Source of the DNA: Utricularia gibba
Lineage: Eukaryota > Plantae > Magnoliophyta
Direction: 5' to 3'
NCBI GenBank assembly: GCA_002189035.1
Contig: NEEC01000004.1
Location: forward strand, 3,224,001-3,288,000
Length of the DNA stretch: 64,000 bases
Made by a program: the position numbers and the translations under genes. This document shows positions 50,900 to 61,556 of the stretch, piece after piece. The notes below the pieces were generated by a model. The model was not told the DNA's origin. It ran no database searches and worked only from the letters and a program-made list of their open reading frames with translations. Numbering within the stretch: position 1 is the stretch's first letter; each line of letters begins with the position of its first letter.

Positions 50900-51843
50900 A
50901 ATGATGGGAAGGGGATCCAAAGGAGTTAATGCACATGAGGAGTGATATAAAAGCTACTTGGAGCACTTAGTTTCGAACTTTTGAACTTATTCACACTTTA
51001 GCTTTGCATTTAGAACTTTTGAGTTCTTCCTCCCCTCCAAGGAGGAAGAACACTTAGTTTTCAATTTCCTTTTTGTTTTCATGGACCTTTCGGGCTAAAA
51101 ACCTTTAGTTTTTGGGAAGTAGATGAAGTTTCCTTCCAAGTCCTGAGCAATACACTTGGTTCCTTGCTGAATTCAATTTGAATTCTGCATACTTCCACGC
51201 GCTTTGTTGCAATCTTTCTGTAACGACTCTTAGTCAAGGTCTATGAGTAGCAGGCCACTCCTCGCGGATTTTGGTGAAGATCGAGGTGAAGAGCACCAAC
51301 TCCAACCTTACCGGTTCGAGGGAAGTAGCGGATTGTTTGTGGCCTAGGTATAGCAACAGTGGATAGGTTGTGACCTCGAACCTGCCACTGGCCATTGGCA
51401 ACAACTGAGCGCACGCGTGCAATTTGGTTTTGAAGGCAATCGAAGGCAATCCTCTTGTCTTCCTAATCGTCTACGAGGGAATCACATGAGGCTATTCCCG
51501 TGCCTCCTTGTCAATCAGAGTGTAAGGGAGAGTAGGCTATTCCTTGCTCCTATAACCAGCTATTCGGAAGAAATCAGTCAAAACTGAGGCAAGGATGGAT
51601 AAAGGAAGGAAATGGAATCTTATTCTCAGGAACTGCGTCCCATAGTCAAGGCCCATCACTTAGATTGTAACTTTTATTTCTACATCTTAAAAACCCCCTT
51701 TTGCAAAACCGTGACATTTTGTGAAAGTTTCTTACAAACACTTTTCACGAAAAACAACTTCCTGAGATCGATACTCATACTACGCTTTTTGTGTTTTACG
51801 TTTTATAAATATTTAAAATTTGTTATGGAAACGACACGCAACA
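50900..51843 (+). mobile_element. 5'-truncated family-A LTR (plus orientation) inside the Harbinger element
   Basis: Reverse complement of ~27605-28535 with more divergence; ends ACGACACGCAACA; no PBS follows. Confidence 0.88.
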
Positions 51844-52139
51844 CTGCTCTCAGTGTCTGGAAGACATGCCTTCCAGGCACTGTAGAATGCCGCTCTCGAT
51901 GTCTGGAAGACACACGTTTTAGGCACTGCAACCTTTGTTCGCGGTGCCTAGAGTAATCATGAACTGGAATCAATATCAAGCCTCATGTATCTGGGCCTCA
52001 TAATAAACCCTCCGGCCCAATCGCCACCTCCCTTCACCACGCAACTAATCGCCACACACTACAAAGCAAGGACACTATCCCCACCTCAGCCGCATGGTCC
52101 TTCCACCATTTGCTTCCCTCTAATATATCTATCTCAACA

Positions 52140-52700
52140 AATGCTTACTTCCAAGAAACTCCAAGTTTGGTTTGCAATTCCAGAGACGTACAATCTGTGG
52201 GACAAGGCAAGCGATGAGACAATCTACGGTGAGGTTTCGTCCAGGGTTGGAGTAATTGGATTTTTGGGGTCCACCGAACACTTTCGGTGTGGACTTTGCT
52301 TGCCACCACCACCTTTCATATGCAAATTGCTGGCATGTTTGGAGATCCCATTGTCCCACTTGACACCCCGCTCAATCGCTCATGTGTTGGCCTTTTTGAG
52401 TGTGTGCATGGAGGAACAAATTACTTTGGTCCTACTAGTTTTTTTTGATGTAAGTGTGAGTATTCGAAACTTGAAAACTAATCATTTATCACTGAAGGAT
52501 AAGCCAAATATTGTACTTGTGAATTCTATTCGGAGAGGATACGATGCATGGTGGACAAGCTTCATTTGGTGTGTCCGCCAGAAGACCTACGAATTTCGAC
52601 TACTCTCGGCTCCTTCAAGACAATTGGAAAGGCAAAGGGTAATGCGTGATGTACTATGGTTGCATGGCTAGTGTACTATGATTTATGTTACTCGATTATT
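52140..52700 (+). pseudogene. TE-associated ORF remnant resembling the Transposase_28 (PF04195)-like domain
   Basis: GLCLPPPPFICKLLACLEIPLSHLTPRSIAHVLAFLSVC resembles the GLRLP.HPF...L....I.P.QLTPNS consensus recalled for this domain. Confidence 0.45.
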
Positions 52701-53074
52701 CATGTTGTAGGATTTGATAGACTATCGAAGCAGGGGGTGGATGCCTTGTTGACTATGTTTAGTGAAAAGAGTAAGGCGTTGAGTGACATAGTACCCCCTA
52801 TGGTGGATGCCGTCGGTACTCGCCACTTCTGGTGTGGTCAGGGCAGAGTGATACGCGAGCGCCCAAAGCCTGACGACATGATCATTGAGGAAGAGATGTC
52901 ACTAGCATTTGCATCTCATCGACAGCGGGATGTAGGGAGCAATGTGGAGGAAGACAACCTGCAACCAATTGCTAGTGTAGATGTGGATCGAATTCTGGAA
53001 GAGAATGCCCAACTATGTGCAAGGCTAGATTGATATGAAAGTAGGTGAGCATAGACTGGCCCCAGTTCATCGCT

Positions 53075-53945
53075 CAAGCAACAAGTGCGCAAGCTCCTTG
53101 TGTTAGATGTCAATGGAGTGCTAGTAAACATTGTCTTCAAAGCCAAGTACCAAAGATTGCATCAGAAACCAAACGCTGTGATATATGGGCGTAATAGTAA
53201 GATACCTTAACATTGTCTCATGGTTGTGTCATGTTCAATCGATCCATTAGTTTTTCTCGCTTTGGCAAGCTTCCTCGGTCCTTCGCTCGTGAGTTCATCG
53301 AATGGTGTCTTGCAAACTTTGATGTCGGCATATGATTATCAAGGGGCGCGTAAGTCCCACTCCACAAAATCTGCAGTGCATGTGCTGCTATCTAATGCTC
53401 TTACATCTGTCTATGTTCTATAGTGTACAACTACATGAGATCATCAAGTGGGTGTTTGGGTTAGATGCAGACACCTCGCTAGCTTTCGTATGGGATGCAT
53501 CGAAGACCACTGAAACGCATGTATGTGTGCATGATAATAGGTCAAAAGCTGCTGTGTTGAAGGAGTTGTCGCGGATTTTGAGGGAAGATGAAGGCTTCTT
53601 GGGTCGGTATGATGCAACCAACACCTTACTTATTGACGACTCTTCGTTCAAGTCCATCAGAAACCCAGTTAAGTCAATCTGTAATCACATGATCTGGTAC
53701 GCATGTTTCCTGCTGACACTTAGGCCATGGTCTTATTGTGTCACAGCATGACAACGCTATCTTCCTGACGCCATACCAGTACATGGATGTAAGAGATGCT
53801 GCGTTAGCTAAGTGTGGAGAAATACACATACTCCTTCAAGGTCTACTAGAAGCAAATGATCTACCAAGTTTCGTGAAGCACGCACGAATTGAACAGCCTC
53901 CGTTAGATGCTAATCACCCCCTATAGGATTATTACAAAGCACTTG
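53075..53945 (+). pseudogene. FCP1-homology / NIF (HAD superfamily) phosphatase-like gene, intron-containing, with premature stops
   Basis: KLLVLDVNGVLV (HAD motif I variant), EFIEWCLANFDVGI* (TGA where W is expected), LAFVWD, YDATNTLLIDDSSFKSIRNP, HDNAIFLTPY..LQGL. Four exons with GT..AG boundaries; a second stop (TAG) after HPL. Confidence 0.72.
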
Positions 53946-54732
53946 CTTGAACATACGTAGCATGTAACAGTGCTTTGAATTTCAGAACATTATTATGTTA
54001 CTCACTTTACTTTAATCATGGATTTGTCAATATATACTTGATAAATTAAAATAATTAAATATTTATTCTCAAATATTCTTATATGCATATTTATTTTGAA
54101 TAATACCTTGATTTAATATCTTATATTTCTTAGATTACTTTGTTTACTACAATTCCAAAAGAATCCGTTTGAATAATTGGATTCAAAGCACCTTTTATTT
54201 ATTACACGTTTTATTGATCATGTATAATAGTTATTAGTTTTTAGAAGTATAATCTTTTTATTTATTTTCTGTATAAATTTTAAATATTGACTCTACGAAA
54301 AAAATTTAAACATGTGATCAAAATAAATGGGAACTAAAACATTCTTGAATCAAAAATTTCATGTAAAATATTACATTCTTGTATAAATAGGAAATTTATC
54401 AAAAACTTGATGCAAGTTAATGAATTTTTCTTATTGAAAATTCTACATATCCAAATTGTATGTGAATACGTAGTCATCGTATATTCAATTGTCAGGAAAA
54501 AAAACTAATGAAAATTTAAATATTTACACTCTTACACAAATTCATGAAAGTCTTATTGAATAACATTGTGTCTGTTTAATTTCATTAAAATACGCATACG
54601 ATGTGATCACCAAAATTGTTGTTATTCGATATGTATGTGCATTGGACATATTTTAATTCATGATAATTGTTGTAATTAAAATAGATTATATAGAGATATA
54701 GTGAACTTACATATCATAATATACGCACACAA

Positions 54733-55100
54733 GCACTCAGTTGGCGCATCAATGCCAGGCACCGCAAGCGCATATTCGCGGTGCCTGGAAAGATAGGATG
54801 CATGCCTCCGAAGGACAATCCAGTGCAGTCAATACTGCACATTGCATGTGAGAGGTCATGCTGGGTGCCACACAGAGCAGCACTCAATTGGCGCATCGAT
54901 GCCAAGCATTGAAAGTGCATATTTGTAGTGCTTGGAAAGATAGGATGCATGCCTCCAAAGGACAATCCAGTGCAGTCAATACTTCAAAGCTAAAAGTGGG
55001 AGGTCGGGCTGAGTGCCACACACATGCACTCAGTTGGCACATCGATACCAGGCACCGCATGTGCATACTTGCAGTGCTTGGAAAGACTGGATGTATGATA
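54733..55100. repeat. ~146-147-bp GC-rich tandem repeat (about 2.5 copies), each unit with an internal hairpin
   Basis: Units start GCACTCA(G/A)TTGG at 54733, 54880 and 55026. Copy 1 has a perfect 11-bp stem CCAGGCACCGC...GCGGTGCCTGG. Confidence 0.85.
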
Positions 55101-55359
55101 GGCACCACATCCGCATATTTGCGTTGCCTGGAAAGGGACGAGGCCTGCTGTTCTACTTTCTATAGGTTACACCTCTCAATAAAGATCTTTGGTACACAAA
55201 TTGAAATCAGATATCAGCTACTCATAGAAAACATGTAAAGCTTAATATTTTCACTCAAAGCAACATGATCGTCATGATACATGGACATCATAGGTGGATA
55301 TAATCAAAACAACCAAAGAAACAGTAAAGGAAAAACGGAGTTATAACAAACATCATAGA

Positions 55360-56423
55360 CCTCTCACAATCCCATCCACCATAATCTCATGTTCTGCACT
55401 ATTGCTGTCCAAAAAGAGCTGTAGCTCTATGGGTTACTCAAGATGCCTACAGTTACTCTTAGACACTGCATTGTAATTAATTGCAATGGCATCCCTCTGA
55501 TGATGTCTGCAACAACATTTCGACATTCCCATAGGTCATTGGTTTCAGCAGTAAGAATTTCTCCCAATTGTGCAATGGCATCATTTGTTCGCTTACTCAT
55601 TTCTTTCAACTCCTCCACCAAGGTATCAAGTTCTGGACCTTACCTCCTCTTTTTCTTCCTAGGTTCATCACCATTGGTCGGTGTAGAGCAATTACCTGTG
55701 TGACCTCCAGGAGTTCCTCCTGATGAGGGATACTTTTCATATGTAGAGGATGCATCATGTGATCGCTGGTCACCATTTTTTTCCGAGTCAACCTCCACTT
55801 CAGGATACTCAAGAAGATGCATTGGTTGTTCCAAACCAGCCAAGCCTGCTGTGTTGCATCAGCAGCATCAAGGACACATTCTACAAACTCTCCAATGACT
55901 CTATCTTTATCGAAGATGATGCACCAATATGGATAGTAAGGCCAGCGCTTAAACCGCAACAAATTGTACACCTTCTCATTGTGCTGCACATGGAATGCAT
56001 AAGTGTACATTAATAATCTCACATGAACGACCTGCTACACATACATTAGAACAACAATACCTGTTTGAACTCCACCCACAAATCCTCACTAGCATCTACC
56101 ATGTTTGTTGAGTTATCATAGCCAGTACCTAACTTGTTGAGAAAGTCAGATAGAGTATTGTAATCTTTTTTTCCAGTTATGAATTTTTGATTGCATATGA
56201 AGAGTTCCTCTGATATCTGAGCCGAGACACAATTTGAGGAATGCTTCCTCTAGTGCTTGAAGGTAATTACCTTTAATCCATTCTCTGCTTTCCACCCACC
56301 TTGAATGATATTCTTTAGAGCGTGGATCAGAAAGTGCTCTTCATCAGGTTTCCACTGTCTTTTGGTCTTAATGTTATCACCACTTCTTCCTCGTTTTGTT
56401 GTAGGCACATTTGCTCCAACCAT
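55360..56423 (-). pseudogene. Harbinger Myb/SANT-like DNA-binding protein gene, decayed
   Basis: KRQWKPDEEHFLIHALKNIIQGGWKAENG matches the Myb_DNA-bind_3-type N-terminus; later RWPYY..W..IFDKDR.IG and a coiled-coil-like tail. Frameshifts present. Confidence 0.75.
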
Positions 56424-57096
56424 TTCTACAACCAACACGTAAGTGCACAACCCATGACAAAACCATGATGCACGCGTAACTCAATATAACAACATTATAT
56501 TTCAGGGGCACGATTCATATACATATTACTCAAAAAACATCACACACACTAACACCTAGTCGCTCAATCTATGTGATTAAGGCCATTCAAGGGGCAAATG
56601 AAATAAACGCCTCAAATTCGAGAAAAAAATACCTGGTGCATCACCCAATACTCAATTTTTCAGTAGATCTAACTTGCTCCCATAATTACCTGAGCCGAAG
56701 ATCCATGATATTACATCGTAGATTGAGGGTTTCGAATTCCCCAATTTGTGAGTCTCATGTTTCTACATGTGAGTTTAAAACAGTATAATAAGATATTATA
56801 TTATACATAAAGTATATATTAGAGAATTCATTTTTTCTAGTATTAAGAAACTATATATAAACCCTTCTAACAAATATACAAAATTAATAATCTCATATAA
56901 TTGAATCCTATCTATCAAACATATACTTCATTCTAAACCATTATTTATGTGATATAATAAATTAAAATAATTTAAACCTTTTTAATTTAAATCCACCTAA
57001 CAAAGACCTAAATGCTTTACCTCCAACCAAACTACCCAATTGTGTTTGGTGTTGGGCAGGTATGCCTGTGTGAGTGCTACTGGAAAGTAAGGTCGA

Positions 57097-57105
57097 ACAC
57101 GTGTC
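57097..57105 (+). promoter_or_regulatory. ABRE/G-box (ACACGTGTC) just upstream of the glyoxalase I leader exon
   Basis: Motif seen directly; ~90 bp from the Harbinger right TIR. Confidence 0.4.
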
Positions 57106-57632
57106 AGCCTACTCTCAACCTGCGAGACGCTTCTGGGCCGTCGATCGCTCGATCATTCGAGAAGTTCAGACTCATCGGTATCTTTTCACTTATAACGTAG
57201 CTTCAACCAGTCTCATTGCTACCTCCATTTTGATCGGATCTGCAATCGCTGTGTAACTTGTCGTTGTAGTTTCAGTTTTTCTAGCTCAATTTGATTTGCG
57301 ACTGAAGTTGATTTTTTTTTCTTGTTAACTCCATCGCCGATTGTTTCGTCTTCTTTGAAACGTTACTAGCTCGATTTTAGGATTCAGGAGCGTGTGTTTG
57401 ATTATGTGTTCCGATGTTTGATGATGTGGTTCCTTACTCCGGGGACAGTCTTTTATGCGTTCCCAATTATCTTTGCATGTGCGTTCATATAAATGTAGCC
57501 AGAACTTTTTCCTCTGCTCATGGTTGTCGTGTTCACGTTGTAGAAATTAGTTACTCCTCTTGTTATGTTTACATCGTAAGCCCTAACAGCGGAAGATATG
57601 TTCATTGCGTTGTTACATGATTCTGCAGATTA

Positions 57633-59753
57633 ATGGCCGAGGGAGTAACAACTCATGAGCTTCTTGAATGGGCGAAAACGGATAAGCGTAGGTTCTTACA
57701 TGCTGTTTACCGTGTTGGAGATCTGGATCGCACCATCAAGTATGCATTATATTTTTCTGGTTGTATGCCTGCTTTGGTATGGATCCTTGCTGTTTCAAGT
57801 GACTTTTCCTTGTTTTTGGATAGATTTTACACCGAATGTTTAGGGATGAAGCTTCTGAGGAAGAGGGACATTCCAGAAGAAAAATATGCAAATGCTTTTC
57901 TCGGATTTGGCCCTGAGGACTCTCACTTTGTGGTGGAGTTAACATATAGTATGTGTTTCTGTATTTTCTTTTTTTGGTCATTTTTTCTTTTTTTTTCTGC
58001 AACAGAAAGAAAAATGGGCAAATAGATTTTCCCCTTTCACAGTCAGGGTTGCTTCAGTCCGTCCAGTTTATCAGATCTTTGTATCTCTCTTGCTTCTCTG
58101 TACTTTTTCCTTGTGTGTCTTTTTGTATTTATTTTTTTGTTATGTGTTAAGTAGCATGCTGGGCAATTAATAGGCCTGTAAAATAATGGGAAGTCAGGAT
58201 ATTGATATCAATCCCCTGTATGGTTAGTTACTTCTAGAATTTGGCATGCGAATGCGACCACGCATGCAGATGACGCCTTACTGTTGAACTTATATTTGAC
58301 AAACTTTCTCTGACAGACTACGGAGTAGATAAGTATGATATTGGAAGTGGGTTTGGGCACTTTGCCATCGCCACTGAAGATGTAAGCTCTCTTCTCATTG
58401 TTGCTCTAATCAGTTATCATTGCAAGTTGTAACTAGTACCGAGGGTCTGGAATTCATTCGTTTTAAGATGGTATTACTTTTTCTTAAGGTGTACAAATTT
58501 GTTGAGAATGTTAAGGCTGGCGGTGGAACTGTCACTAGAGAGCCAGGCCCAGTTAAAGGTGGATCATCGGTTATTGCATTTGTAAAGGACCCTGATGGCT
58601 ATCTATTTGAAATAATTCAAAGGGGTCCCACACCTGAACCACTTTGCCAAGTGATGCTCCGTGTTGGTGACCTTGATCGCTCAGTTGAATTCTATGAGAA
58701 GGTAGGCACAACTTGTTTATTATTGTGAAATCATTGCTTTTAACGATACCTCCTTCAGCTACCGTGAAGGAAGTTTTCTAATTAATGTTTGGATGTTAAG
58801 TGGAGTATGCGTCCAAGATGTAACTTTGGTTCCCAGTGTTTTGGAACTTGGAAGTTTATTCTGATTGGGGTATTCAACAGTGTTGCTAAGAATTCTGTTA
58901 ATCTGGGGAATGTTATGGAAAAGAATTTTTTGCAGCCATTACCATTACGCTGTTGCATGCATTTCCGTCAGATTGTATGTAAATAAGACCACTGGATCTT
59001 CTTTTCATATTCCTGGTAGATGTCTATGTTTAAGCATATTCATTGACCTGCTTGTTTGGATGCTGCCTTAATGTTCATTTTGAAGCATCCAGCTTAGGCT
59101 TGAGAAAAAACTCTTTTACAGTCTTGTGAGTGCATTCTTTTATCCAGGCATTGGGTATGAGGCTTCTGAGGAAAATCGACAGACCAGAACAGAAGGTACC
59201 GGATAGTGTTGATTAAGTACAACTTTAACCACCTGCATGCACTTGTTTTCTACTTAGGGTCTCTATTATCTTGCAGTACACCTTAGCAATGCTGGGTTAT
59301 GAGGATGAATATGCGACAACCGTCCTGGAGTTGACATACAATTATGGCGTGACTGAATATACCAAGGGAAATGCATATGCACAGGTGATTCTCTCGTACT
59401 GAATAACACATACAATACTCTCTGTTTCTGCGGGGATTAACGTTACGCACAATCATGTGTTCCTAGGTTGCAATAAGCACTGACGATGTGTACAAGAGTG
59501 CAGAGGCTGTGAAACATGTCATAGGCAAACTTGGTGGAAAAGTAACTCGTGAACCGGGTCCCATCCCAGGAATCAACACTAAGATCACATCCTTCCTGGA
59601 TCCGGATGGATGGAAAACTGTGAGTTTTCAAGCAAAATAGCATCTGCGTGACACAACCAGTAGATCCAAATCAGTAAGGAGTATCCTCCCCGTTTGTGCT
59701 TGCAGGTTCTAGTTGACAACGCCGACTTCCTGAAGGAGCTTGAACCAAAGTGA
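57633..59753 (+). CDS. GLX1: Lactoylglutathione lyase (glyoxalase I, two-domain Ni-type), 8 coding exons
   Basis: Exons 57633-57739, 57824-57948, 58317-58381, 58489-58701, 59148-59195, 59277-59384, 59467-59619, 59706-59753 splice in frame. Motifs [89 protein letters not shown]. Confidence 0.95.
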
Positions 59754-60399
59754 GAGCCGGCCGTCTGTGTCTGTTTCCGGTGGAGTGGGTGTAATAAACC
59801 GATGGCGGCTGAAGCCCGGAGCATACAATGCTGCATCGCAATCACAGGCTGCCCTCTTTGTCACTTGTCATTAGTAGGCTTCCACCGCAATGATTAGACG
59901 AGCATCTGCTGTTACCAGGTGTTTTATATACATATTTATTAAATAATAGCAAAAACGATTCCAGTCGTTTCTTTGTTTTGCTTCTGGAAAGTAAATACCT
60001 TTATCTCTGATCAGATCGACAAAAATGCTAGCGGTGACATCGTCTCCGTAATTTCGACTGTTAGGGAGGAAGAATGTATGATAAACAAAACAAACGCAAT
60101 CTGAATGTGTTACCCTCCAATTGTGATTCTGTTTCCCATTCTTGTCGAGAGATGCCATTTTTCCTGAATCTTCAACAAATTTGCGACAGCTTCTGATGTG
60201 AAAGAGATGGGCGTAGGAGTAGGTGTTTGTGAGGGTTTGGGGATGGAGGTAGTACGGATTATTTTATCGATGTTATACTTTTGATCATGAAAATTTACCT
60301 TAATGTTAATTAATATTATAATTTATACAATTAATTTTTTATAATTATAATTTTGAACATCAATAATTTATAGATAATGCAAATTTAATTGTTATATTT

Positions 60400-61556
60400 T
60401 GTCAAAATACAACTTATGGTGATTCTGCAAGTGAACATAAATCGTCGAAGTAATAAAATAAGATCGTATCCACATGAAATTATTAATGGAATTTTTTTTT
60501 CAAACAAAGACTCAAAAAGATCGAAAACAAAAGAAAAATTTAGTTTTAAAAACAAGAAGAAAAGTGGCATTGGACCTAGGATCTATCTTGTTCAAAACTC
60601 GCCCAAACTTATGTGTGTAAACCTTGAAGACTGACCTACTTACGTAAGTTCTAGGGGTGTTATTCTAAAGTAGTGCTACTCGGTAACCATTATAGCACCT
60701 CCCTTGTTATGTGAGATTATGGAATCAATCACGCCACCAGAATCATTTCACCTCTTGTGATAACACATGTTTTCCCCACATCCAAATCTAATCCCTACAC
60801 CTGACACCTCGCAGACAGATTAAACAGAATGTGTCTTACCAATGATGTCCGATTGAGCCCTTCTCCTTAGGTGCTTGAGGCCAACCTTTGATTCTCTCAC
60901 ACTCCGTCCAGGTTATGTGATACTAAAAAGCACGTTGGTAAAGAAAACGTTGCGAAAAACAAAATCAAACCTCAATTTAAATGTTGAAAAACATAGTAAA
61001 ACAGTCACACGCGCAGGACTTGCGCAATCAAGGCTTCATCGCAGATCCTTAGTCGCAAGCACCTACACGCGCAGACTCGACTCAAACATGAAAATAGACA
61101 CGAAAATAGGAAAGATTCAAAGTAAAAGTGGTCAAAAACGTTTCGTTGAGAGTGTGGGGTATTTATTGGAGAGTAGATCCAAGTCTTCGTATTAAACTTA
61201 TTCGATGGGCTTGGATAAGATCTTCTATCCAAATTTTTTATCCAAATCTTCGAAGATCTTCTTCACATCTCTATCTTATTTACGAATCTTGGACCAAATG
61301 TTTATCGTTTGACCGAGTGTTGGGGTGGGATTCATGGCCCATCAAGTCCATGATTTAGTGGATCTTATTTCTTCTCAAATTGATTCAAAAGTACCCTAAA
61401 AATCCACAAAATACAATTTCTCTCCAAAAAGATGAAAGTAATGTGAAAGATGCAAAATCAATTGAGAATAATGAAAAAGTGGGACTAAGATAAGTAAAAA
61501 CAACACTTAAGAGTAGTCGAATAATATGTTTTGGAACGACACAAAATCAATTATCA
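60400..61556 (-). mobile_element. Probable solo LTR of an Athila/Tat-like family (minus orientation)
   Basis: Minus strand begins TGATAATTG.. and ends ..GTATTTTGACA. The CTGCAAGTGAACA...TCGTCGAAGTAATA...GATCGTATCCACA block is typical of the reverse complement of such LTR ends. No TSD found. Confidence 0.5.

Larger units (their letters stand above)
49069..57008. mobile_element. PIF/Harbinger DNA transposon with decayed nuclease and Myb/SANT genes and a large internal cargo
   Basis: TIRs GGCCTCGTTTGTTAGGTGGGTTT (49069) and AAATCCACCTAACAAAGACC (ends 57008; 3-bp gap), each flanked by TAA (49066-49068, 57009-57011). Contains convergent DDE-nuclease and Myb-like genes, the canonical Harbinger two-gene layout. 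Confidence 0.85.

Noticed and set aside
57074-57256. Upstream frame as an N-terminal targeting extension of glyoxalase I
   Set aside because: It could splice in frame, but it contains no ATG (GTG start, preceded by a stop). The unspliced upstream frame has a stop at 57618.
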